45,903 bases of DNA from Candidatus Zixiibacteriota bacterium. GTDB taxonomy: Bacteria; Zixibacteria; MSB-5A5; GN15; FEB-12. How positions within the stretch are numbered: the stretch's first letter is position 1; every line of letters starts with the position of its first letter. Positions 8,306 to 16,436 of this stretch are shown here, in pieces. The notes beneath the pieces were generated by a model, which worked only from the letters and a program-made list of their open reading frames with translations, was not told where the DNA came from and did no database searches. The stretch is taken from contig JAJRZL010000122.1 in the NCBI GenBank assembly GCA_024275255.1, positions 1 through 45,903 on the forward strand, read 5' to 3'. The position numbers and the translations under genes are program-made.

Positions 8306-10525
8306 ATGTATAAGAACGTTTGGTCACTCATGTGCTGTTTTTTCCTGCTTATCGGCTTTTCACAAGCAAAAACCGATTTTTTCAAAAAATTCAAAAACGA
8401 TTACCGAATTCTTGATCAGGATTTATTGAACAATGTCGGTGAAATTGCCACAATCAAGGATTTCGTGTATAAAAAAGATGTTGCTACTTTTACTTTCAAA
8501 GAAGGCACTATTCATTTGCTTCGGTATGTCAATGACCGCCCGACAACTGCTATTTTCATCGGGGCAGGAAATGCAACAATTGATATCCCCACCCATGAAG
8601 GCAGGCAGGGGATGTTGTATTCGGCGCGGGATAGTGTGGTCAACGAAGACTTTACCGTTTTGTTTATTCGTATGGCGGATGATTTCGATTTGAAATTAAA
8701 AGAGAAATTCACCTTTACCGAGAAGAAACTGGATTGGAAAATGTTTCAACCGGCAAAAGAAGCGCAGGGTGAATTGTTTTTCAAGCCGTCATTGTATCAT
8801 ACTTACGATAATTACTTCCAGATGATGCGCTCTTTGTATGAACGTTCTGAAGATGGCTATTTCTGGGCTGATTTCAACCGCTATGTATTCTCATTTGACC
8901 CAAACCGCCCTGAAGAAGTTGAGGTTGGCTACGAGCGTGAGGGTGGTGATGTGTTTCTTACTATTGGTGCTGCATTTCAACGACAGGAAAAACAGAAATA
9001 TGATGATGCCGAATTGTCTGATATATCCTATCCGACAACCATTGTCGATAAAACAGGTGATTTTTATATTGCCGGACTTGACGGACGCAAGATAGAAAAA
9101 GGGGAGGTAACGGTTTCCATCATAATAAATGCCGACAGCTTGAGATACCTCTCTCTCTTTCTTCACTATAACATGAAAATTGATTCTATTTATTACAACA
9201 ACCAGCAGGTTGAGTACTGGCGACGGAGAAACTTTAACTTTTTTGGGGTTATTCTGCCCGAATATCGCTACAAAGATGATACGGTGAAGCTGACTGTATG
9301 GTATAACGGAAAACATTTTGATACGTTCCTCCCGTATGTGGAGAATCCCTCACCCTGCCCGGTGAAACTGCATTTTACTGTTCCCAAGGGGTACAATTAC
9401 TATATGCCCGGTATGGGAGAGATTACCAAAGCTGACAGAGGAAATGTGCAGTTTACTGTCGAGTCACCCTCGAATATGTATAACAAGTTCTTTTTCCATG
9501 TCTATGCAACCCGGGTTGATACGATTCAGGTCCCTTCCGATATTGGCATTACATTGAATTTTATCAAGTCTCATAATATCAGAAAACGCGATGAATGTTT
9601 TATCCCGTATGATGTGTACCGCAGCTCGATTACCGATGCGTTTAATTATTTTACCGGTATTCTTGGTGGTCCTATCAACACGTTCTCTGAATATGTGATA
9701 CCGGAGGGCTTTATGAGTATGCCCGGAATAATACAGGTGCCCCAGTTGGCGTGTGTTCGGGACGACCCCTTTGCCGCCTTTGGAGGATTGGATGCCATTT
9801 CTGGGATTTCGGTTGCCAAGCAGTGGTTTGGTTCGTTGATGCGCCCGGTTTCATATCGTGAGGATTGGACTACCCTTGCTCTTCCGAACTTTATGTGTCT
9901 TCTGTTTATTGAGAACCGTCCTGATGGTAATTTTTATTATACCAACCTGTTGGCTCGTCAGGATTCCCTCTACACTATCGAAGAGCTGAAACGTGAACTA
10001 CCGCTTGGAGTCGGAAGGCGGACTGATGTCACGACCCTGACCAACAAAGGGGTATGGCTGTTGCACATGCTCCGGTTTCTTATGTATGATTACGAAACCG
10101 GCTCAGAAAAAAGCTTTATGCGATTCTTACACGAGTTGAGCCTGTATGTAAACAACAAGTCATTTTCCAATTCCGACTTTTTTACCATAGCGGAGAAATA
10201 CTATGGTAAGCCGCTTGACTGGTTTGCCAACGAGTGGCTCTATGGCTGTGGCATCCCGAAATTTGATGTTATATACAGTATCAAGAAACAAGACGGGAAA
10301 TATGTTATCCCGGTTGATGTCAAAGCAACTCGTGTCAGACCTGATTTCACCATGCCGGTCATATTACGGGTAGTATTGCCGGGTGATAACTATGTTTTTC
10401 TGCGTCAAACCGTGAATGCTGGTGATACCCATTTTGAATTGGGACCATTCGACCAGAAACCGTCGGAACTGGTATTTAACGAGTTTTATTCGGTACTTTC
10501 TCGTGACCGTGTAAAGAAAAAATAA
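8306..10525 (+). CDS. Secreted M1-peptidase-like protein lacking the zinc-binding motif (predicted inactive paralogue)
   Basis: It has a signal peptide. ISVAKQWFGSLM (nt 9806-9841) sits where M1 enzymes have HExxHQWFGNLV, and no Glu occurs at the third-ligand position. Confidence 0.6.
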   Translation: MYKNVWSLMCCFFLLIGFSQAKTDFFKKFKNDYRILDQDLLNNVGEIATIKDFVYKKDVATFTFKEGTIHLLRYVNDRPTTAIFIGAGNATIDIPTHEGRQGMLYSARDSVVNEDFTVLFIRMADDFDLKLKEKFTFTEKKLDWKMFQPAKEAQGELFFKPSLYHTYDNYFQMMRSLYERSEDGYFWADFNRYVFSFDPNRPEEVEVGYEREGGDVFLTIGAAFQRQEKQKYDDAELSDISYPTTIVDKTGDFYIAGLDGRKIEKGEVTVSIIINADSLRYLSLFLHYNMKIDSIYYNNQQVEYWRRRNFNFFGVILPEYRYKDDTVKLTVWYNGKHFDTFLPYVENPSPCPVKLHFTVPKGYNYYMPGMGEITKADRGNVQFTVESPSNMYNKFFFHVYATRVDTIQVPSDIGITLNFIKSHNIRKRDECFIPYDVYRSSITDAFNYFTGILGGPINTFSEYVIPEGFMSMPGIIQVPQLACVRDDPFAAFGGLDAISGISVAKQWFGSLMRPVSYREDWTTLALPNFMCLLFIENRPDGNFYYTNLLARQDSLYTIEELKRELPLGVGRRTDVTTLTNKGVWLLHMLRFLMYDYETGSEKSFMRFLHELSLYVNNKSFSNSDFFTIAEKYYGKPLDWFANEWLYGCGIPKFDVIYSIKKQDGKYVIPVDVKATRVRPDFTMPVILRVVLPGDNYVFLRQTVNAGDTHFELGPFDQKPSELVFNEFYSVLSRDRVKKK

Positions 10526-10536
10526 GAATACTCATC

Positions 10537-10576
10537 GGCAGGTTGCATCGTATGGATGACCGGGTTGCAACCTGCC
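10537..10576. terminator. Long hairpin between convergent genes (possible bidirectional terminator)
   Basis: GGCAGGTTGCA (10537-10547) pairs perfectly with TGCAACCTGCC (10566-10576) around an 18-nt loop. There is no clear U-tract. Confidence 0.4.
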
Positions 10577-10673
10577 ATGTGGGTTACTGCGAAGTTTATT
10601 CCCCAAGTTTGAAATACCGACCGGCTTTATGAAAGAACCCATGTCTGTTCTGCTCAAGTAAGAATAGAGGTAC

Positions 10674-11120
10674 TTACTGTTTGAGCCTGAACGAATACTC
10701 CCATATTTCTGTAACAGGTCGTTCATCGATTATTACGGTAAACTGCAAAGTTGTCGGTCCAAGGAATAAGCTGTCACCCCTGAAAACAGCCGGAAACTGT
10801 CCCTGTGGAACACGGATATTATCACAACCGCTTCCTTCGGTTCCCGAGGGAGTAAGAGTCAGCACATTGGAGCCGAACCCTCCTTGAGTGCCATACGAGT
10901 CGCACAGGTCGGTTGTACGGGTCTGGTGAACAATTCGGTACTGTTTGCCATCAATAATGAGCACAATATCGTCGGTCCGGTCGTAAACCTGGTCAGCACG
11001 ATGGACCGAAAGTTCTCCCTGGAACACTTCAGGGTCGGAACTGGCAATGGTGTCTTTGGTACAGTTGACAGCAGCAAGGCTGAGAAGTAAACACACACCC
11101 CCCAGGTATCTCATTAACAT
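10674..11120 (-). CDS. Small secreted or lipoprotein-like hypothetical protein
   Basis: The N-terminus is hydrophobic (MLMRYLGGVCLLLSLAAVNC). I recognise no family. Confidence 0.45.
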   Translation of the reverse strand: MLMRYLGGVCLLLSLAAVNCTKDTIASSDPEVFQGELSVHRADQVYDRTDDIVLIIDGKQYRIVHQTRTTDLCDSYGTQGGFGSNVLTLTPSGTEGSGCDNIRVPQGQFPAVFRGDSLFLGPTTLQFTVIIDERPVTEIWEYSFRLKQ

Positions 11121-11193
11121 ACTACACCCCTATTTTAAGTGAACACTTGTTTTAGAAACGAATAATACCGGCAAGTTGTTTATGACAAAGCTG

Positions 11194-12879
11194 CTACAAT
11201 GTTATATTATTTTTTGTTATATCATGTTCCATCGCTGGGTTCGTATTGTCACTTTTTGACTGTTCCTGATGATATTCAATCGCTGCTTTTACAAACTCCC
11301 TAAACAGCGGGTGCGGTCGGGTGGGGCGTGATTTAAGCTCCGGGTGGAATTGCGATGCAATAAACCAGCGATGGCTTGGAATCTCGACTATTTCCACCAG
11401 CCGCTCATCCGGTGAAAGCCCGCTCATACGAAGCCCGTGTTCGGAAAGCATATCACGGTAGGCATTGTTGACTTCGTAACGATGTCGGTGACGCTCGGAT
11501 ATCTTTTCTGTTCCGTAAACCCGTTTTGCCAGTGAGCCTTCTTCCAGTTTACAGGGATATGCCCCTAATCTCATCGTACCACCCAGTTCGCTGACTCCTT
11601 CCTGATCAGCCATCAGGTGGATTACCGGATGTTTGAGCCCAGCCTGATAAAATTCATAACTATGGGCATCGGTCAGGTTGCAAACATTGCGCGCAAATTC
11701 AATGACTGCGCATTGCATCCCGAGGCAAATCCCCAGAAATGGGATATTGTTTTCGCGAACATAGCGGATAGCTTCGATTTTTCCCTCAACACCGCGTTCA
11801 CCAAACCCACCGGGGATAAGCAAGCCGTCAATATTTTTCAACAGGCTTGCCGCTCCGTGTTGCTTGATATCTTCAGAACTTACCCAGAGCAAATCAACTT
11901 CCGCTTCGTTGTATCCGCCCGCATGGACGAACGCTTCGATAATGGATTTATACGCATCCTTCAGGTTGACATATTTTCCGCAAATACCGATGGCAATTTT
12001 TTGTTTCGGGTTATGAATTTTTGCCACCATCTTTTCCCAGTTACTCAAGTCAGGAGCCGGTAAGTCCAACCCGAAATGCTGGCACACGATGTCATCCATT
12101 CCCTGCTCATGGAATTTCAGAGGGACATCATAAATAGTCGGTACATCAATTGCTCCGATAACCGACCGTGCCGGGACCGAGCAGAAAAGGCTGATTTTCT
12201 GACGTAAACCATCATCAAGTGTTTCGGCTGAGCGACAGAGAAGCATATTGGGCTGGATTCCGATAGCCCGGAGTTCCCGTACCGAGTGCTGGGTCGGTTT
12301 GGTCTTGAACTCTCCAGCCGTCTTGATATAGGGGACAAGGGTTACGTGAATATACATGACATTGTCATACCCTTCCTCGAGCCCCATCTGGCGAATAGCC
12401 TCCATAAATGGCAACGACTCGATATCACCGACTGTTCCTCCGATTTCCGCTACCACGAGATCCGGCTTATCTTCCTGTCGGGCGAACCGACGGATACGGT
12501 TTTTTATCTCCTCGGTGACATGGGGAATAACCTGTACCGTAGCGCCGAGGTAATCTCCACGGCGTTCCCGAGTGATTATGGTATGGTAAATCTGACCGGT
12601 AGTGACATTGTTATCGGCACTCAGGGACTGGTCGAGAAATCGTTCGTAATGACCAAGGTCCAGGTCAGTTTCGGAACCGTCATCAAGAACAAAGACCTCT
12701 CCATGCTGGAACGGATTCATCGTACCCGGGTCGACGTTAAGATAGGGGTCGAGCTTCATGTTGCAGACTTTAAGTCCCCGCTGTTGCATCAGTAGTCCGA
12801 TAGAAGAGGAAGCTATCCCTTTGCCCAGTGCCGAGACGACACCACCTGTGACAAAAATATATTTTGTTTGCTCAGCCAT
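11194..12879 (-). CDS. pyrG: CTP synthase
   Basis: The N-terminus KYIFVTGGVVSALGKGI, the glutamine amidotransferase domain with GICLGMQ, and a full length of 561 aa all fit. Confidence 0.95.
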   Translation of the reverse strand: MAEQTKYIFVTGGVVSALGKGIASSSIGLLMQQRGLKVCNMKLDPYLNVDPGTMNPFQHGEVFVLDDGSETDLDLGHYERFLDQSLSADNNVTTGQIYHTIITRERRGDYLGATVQVIPHVTEEIKNRIRRFARQEDKPDLVVAEIGGTVGDIESLPFMEAIRQMGLEEGYDNVMYIHVTLVPYIKTAGEFKTKPTQHSVRELRAIGIQPNMLLCRSAETLDDGLRQKISLFCSVPARSVIGAIDVPTIYDVPLKFHEQGMDDIVCQHFGLDLPAPDLSNWEKMVAKIHNPKQKIAIGICGKYVNLKDAYKSIIEAFVHAGGYNEAEVDLLWVSSEDIKQHGAASLLKNIDGLLIPGGFGERGVEGKIEAIRYVRENNIPFLGICLGMQCAVIEFARNVCNLTDAHSYEFYQAGLKHPVIHLMADQEGVSELGGTMRLGAYPCKLEEGSLAKRVYGTEKISERHRHRYEVNNAYRDMLSEHGLRMSGLSPDERLVEIVEIPSHRWFIASQFHPELKSRPTRPHPLFREFVKAAIEYHQEQSKSDNTNPAMEHDITKNNITL

Positions 12880-12887
12880 AATTCACC

Positions 12888-13631
12888 TTATTTATACACA
12901 CGTGCTAATTTCCTTACATCACCGGGTACGTCAACAGCAATAATCGGCACTTTGGTAGTAAACAAATGTATAATACCACCATTTTCAAGAATTCGCAATT
13001 GTTCCAGCGATTCTGCTTTTTCGGAAGCGGACTGTTTCCAGCGGGAAAACTGTTGCAATCCTGCTTTTCGAAAAAAGTACACTCCTATATGCCCAAAATA
13101 GCGATATTGCCTTACCAGTTTGCCTTTCTGTTTATCCCGTATATATGGTATCGGCAATCTTGAAAACCACAACGCCGTACTTGTCTGTTGGGCAGGAACA
13201 ACTTTCACGATATTCGTATCGGAAAGCTCACTGTCTCTTGTCAGGGGATAGATAAGAGTGGCATAGGTTATCTGCCTGTCGGCTTTCATTTTTGTTATCA
13301 CCCTGTTTAGTACCGCCGCTTTCAAACCAAAATTGTCCGCCTGGATATTGATGATAATATCACCGCCCAGCTTACGGACGGCTTCTGCCACCCGGTCGGA
13401 ACCGGTACGGTGATGTTTTGAGGTCAACAGAACTTCACCACCAAATGATGTTACCACTTGTTGTATTTTCCTGCTGTCAGTGGCGATAATGACCCGGTCA
13501 ATCTGGTGAGCTTTTTTTGCCTCGTTCCATATATAGTACAACAGCGGTTTACCGTGGTAGGGGTAGATAACTTTTTCCGGGAAGCGGGTGGAAGGCAACC
13601 GAGCGGGTATAACTGCAACCACTTCAGCCAT
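12888..13631 (-). CDS. kdsB: 3-deoxy-manno-octulosonate cytidylyltransferase (CMP-KDO synthetase)
   Basis: VIPARLPSTRFPEKV...ATD...GSDRVAEA...NIQAD follows the KdsB pattern. The stop lies 8 nt upstream of the pyrG start. Confidence 0.9.
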   Translation of the reverse strand: MAEVVAVIPARLPSTRFPEKVIYPYHGKPLLYYIWNEAKKAHQIDRVIIATDSRKIQQVVTSFGGEVLLTSKHHRTGSDRVAEAVRKLGGDIIINIQADNFGLKAAVLNRVITKMKADRQITYATLIYPLTRDSELSDTNIVKVVPAQQTSTALWFSRLPIPYIRDKQKGKLVRQYRYFGHIGVYFFRKAGLQQFSRWKQSASEKAESLEQLRILENGGIIHLFTTKVPIIAVDVPGDVRKLARVYK

Positions 13632-13891
13632 TTACAATCCTCGCTCGTCTTGGAAGAGACCTGCCGGGAAAGGCGGTAAGACTACATGTACTTGGTGTCC
13701 CCGGCTTGAGAGGGTAATAAATCTGTTCCTGACATAGCAGCATGGGTGATGATACGGTTTCTGGTGGTTTCTGTCAAGGTTGAAATGTGGTACAGGGTTC
13801 ATCGGAAAGAATGACAGTAACAGTCTTGGAATCTGGTAATTTCATTTGTATTTTGGGCACAAGTATAAGGAAATGTTGTTTAAGAAAAGCG

Positions 13892-14500
13892 ATGAGTGAC
13901 TATTCAAATGTAACAGTAGGTATTCTTGCCCTGCAAGGTGATTTTGAGCGGCACGCTCACCAACTGGAAATATTGGGAGCGAAGGTGGTAGAAGTGCGTG
14001 TTGCCGAACAACTGGAGACAATAGACGGGTTGATAATACCCGGCGGGGAATCAACAACAATGGATATTCTCATTGACCGTTTCCGTTTACGCACACCCTT
14101 GCAAACCTTTGGCAACACGAAGCCTTTGTGGGGGACATGTGCCGGGATGATTTTACTGGCGAAAAAGATAGAAGATAACCAGGCTGGTATTACTCCGTTA
14201 GGTTTGCTCGATATTGATGTTGTTCGCAATGGCTATGGGCGCCAGGTCCATTCGTTTGAAACACCCTTACCGGCGAAACTCGGTGGAACCGATGTTACTC
14301 TGAATGCCACGTTTATACGAGCCCCACGGATAACCCGGGTGGGAAAAAATGTAAAAAGTTTAGCATATTATGAAGATTCTCCCGTATTAGTAACAGAGCG
14401 CACGATTATGGCAAGTTCGTTTCATACAGAGTTGGACGACGATACGACATTGATGGCATATTTTCTTGATAAAACACTTGCCGCGAGAGCTCAAAGTTAA
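13892..14500 (+). CDS. pdxT: Pyridoxal 5'-phosphate synthase glutaminase subunit
   Basis: VGILALQGDFERH...LIIPGGESTTM...WGTCAGMILLA...SFHTEL are PdxT motifs. I chose the start at ATG 13892, because the ORF extension back to 13787 has no homology-like features. Confidence 0.85.
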   Translation: MSDYSNVTVGILALQGDFERHAHQLEILGAKVVEVRVAEQLETIDGLIIPGGESTTMDILIDRFRLRTPLQTFGNTKPLWGTCAGMILLAKKIEDNQAGITPLGLLDIDVVRNGYGRQVHSFETPLPAKLGGTDVTLNATFIRAPRITRVGKNVKSLAYYEDSPVLVTERTIMASSFHTELDDDTTLMAYFLDKTLAARAQS

Positions 14501-14515
14501 TGGATACTATATTGG

Positions 14516-15472
14516 ATGTATAAGGTCTTCTATACACAATCAGTCGGTGCAGCTTCTGCCCATGCAGAGCACCCGAAAGCACCGCCAAAACGGGAGCGAG
14601 CGGAAGTCCCTGTTACCCGTATTCCGAGATGGATACGTACCAAAGCCTCACTGAGTCCGAATTATAACCGGGTGAAAAGTATTCTGAACGAGCATAGCCT
14701 GTTCTCGGTTTGTCAAGAGGCCGCCTGTCCGAATATCCGGGAGTGCTGGGAAGAAGGTACGGCTACGTTTATGATTCTTGGAAAGTATTGCACCCGGAAT
14801 TGTCATTTTTGCGATGTGCTCAAAGGTCAACCAAAGGGTCTGGATACCGAGGAGCCGGAACGGCTGGCACGAGCAGTTGCCGAGTTGCACTTAAAACAAG
14901 TTGTTATTACATCGGTTACACGGGATGACCTGCCTGATGGGGGAGCTTCCATATTTGCCCGGACTATGGAGGCCCTCCGATGGCAGGATAAAGATGTGAA
15001 AGTTGAATTTCTTATTCCGGATTTTGGGGGAAATATCAAGGCACTGAAAACCGTCCTCGATTCGGGGGTGGATGTACTGGCGCATAACGTGGAAACAGTC
15101 CAGCGGTTATATAAGCGGGTTCGTCCGGCAATGAAACTTGACAGGTCCCTGGAGTTGCTCCGTATCGCCAATTCCTATTCACCACGACCGGTGGTAAAAA
15201 CCGGATTCATGGTCGGTTTGGGAGAAACCGGGGAAGAAATTGTCGAGTTGCTCTATCAGGTTTATGCTGCCGGAGTTGATATCGTTACCGTTGGGCAATA
15301 CCTGCGCCCCTCTGTGTATCATCTTCCGGTGGAAAAATACTATACTCCTGAAGAGTTTGCCGAGATAGCCAAAATAGGAAAAGAGATCGGGTTTGGACAT
15401 GTAGAGTCCGGTCCCCTGGTGCGAAGTTCTTACCGGGCGTTTAACCAATCGAAACATTTGTTAGGAACGTAG
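14516..15472 (+). CDS. lipA: Lipoyl synthase
   Basis: It has the CQEAACPNIRECW auxiliary-cluster motif and the CTRNCHFCDV radical-SAM motif. Confidence 0.9.
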   Translation: MYKVFYTQSVGAASAHAEHPKAPPKRERAEVPVTRIPRWIRTKASLSPNYNRVKSILNEHSLFSVCQEAACPNIRECWEEGTATFMILGKYCTRNCHFCDVLKGQPKGLDTEEPERLARAVAELHLKQVVITSVTRDDLPDGGASIFARTMEALRWQDKDVKVEFLIPDFGGNIKALKTVLDSGVDVLAHNVETVQRLYKRVRPAMKLDRSLELLRIANSYSPRPVVKTGFMVGLGETGEEIVELLYQVYAAGVDIVTVGQYLRPSVYHLPVEKYYTPEEFAEIAKIGKEIGFGHVESGPLVRSSYRAFNQSKHLLGT

Positions 15473-16387
15473 ATGCTGAAAGAAATATACATCGCTGCCC
15501 ATCACGGATTTTGTATGGGAGTCAAGCGAGCTATCACTATAGCCGAGGAAACCGCCCGGGAAGCAAAGGGCAGAGTTACTATTCTCAACGAAATCGTGCA
15601 CAATGAGGCAGTGGTGGAGCGGTTCAAGCAACAGGGAGTGGGGCAGGCGTTTGCTGTTGATGAGGTTGATGAAGGGACGCTCATTATTTCTGCTCATGGA
15701 GTTGCCCCGGATATCAAAGAACATGCCCGCCAAAAAGGACTCCGCGTAGTTGATGCGACCTGTCCGTTAGTGGAACGGATTTATGAAATCATAGAAAAAA
15801 TTGTTAAAAGCGGGTATTACATCGTTCATTTTGGTGATCCCAATCATGATGAAACACATGGTATTGTCGGTCATGCCCCGGATAATATTACCGTGGTTGC
15901 CACCGAGGAAGAAATGCTGTCATTACCCGACTGGAAAGATAGAAAATTAGGGCTTACTGTCCAAACAACTGCTCATACGAACCAGGTGGCGCAGGTGGAA
16001 GAGTTGGCGCGAAAGAAATGGCCTCATATAGAGATTTTTAATACGGTCTGCAATGCCACAACTCAGCGTCAGTCGGCAATTATGGATATTGCTCCAAAAG
16101 TGGATATGATTCTGGTTGTCGGTTCCCAGTCTTCTGCCAATTCAAACCGATTGGCACGGATAGCGGATGCTATTTGCGGTCGGGGGATTTTAATCGGTTC
16201 CGCAAAGGATATTCAGGAAGAGTGGTTTTCTGGTGAGTTTGAACTCCAGCGGGTAGGGGTCTCCGCTGGAGCATCAACACCGGAATTTCTGGTAGAAGAA
16301 GTTATTAAGCGTCTCGTAGATATTTCCGGGGGGCAGGCAAAAGTTATTCATGCAGAAAAAAAGAAACGACATCGTACCGTAGTGTAG
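15473..16387 (+). CDS. ispH: 4-hydroxy-3-methylbut-2-enyl diphosphate reductase
   Basis: GFCMGVKRAI, the conserved Cys residues (ATCPLV, TVCNAT) and SSNSNRL fit IspH. The ATG directly follows the lipA stop. Confidence 0.9.
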   Translation: MLKEIYIAAHHGFCMGVKRAITIAEETAREAKGRVTILNEIVHNEAVVERFKQQGVGQAFAVDEVDEGTLIISAHGVAPDIKEHARQKGLRVVDATCPLVERIYEIIEKIVKSGYYIVHFGDPNHDETHGIVGHAPDNITVVATEEEMLSLPDWKDRKLGLTVQTTAHTNQVAQVEELARKKWPHIEIFNTVCNATTQRQSAIMDIAPKVDMILVVGSQSSANSNRLARIADAICGRGILIGSAKDIQEEWFSGEFELQRVGVSAGASTPEFLVEEVIKRLVDISGGQAKVIHAEKKKRHRTVV

Positions 16388-16436
16388 CAACTGTTACAAT
16401 ATTACAGATTATTGATACTCATATACAGGAACCATT

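Noticed and set aside
7722-8327. A 201-aa minus-strand ORF opposite the P-loop ATPase gene.
   Set aside because: It is antisense to an ORF with a Walker A motif. It is rich in Arg, Cys and Phe runs, has no motif, and extends into the next gene's start region. I judge it spurious.
13787-13891. A 35-codon N-terminal extension of the pdxT ORF.
   Set aside because: PdxT homologues begin right at the ..VGILALQG.. strand. The extension (MVQGSSERMTVTVLESGNF..) has no counterpart, and ATG 13892 gives the normal length.
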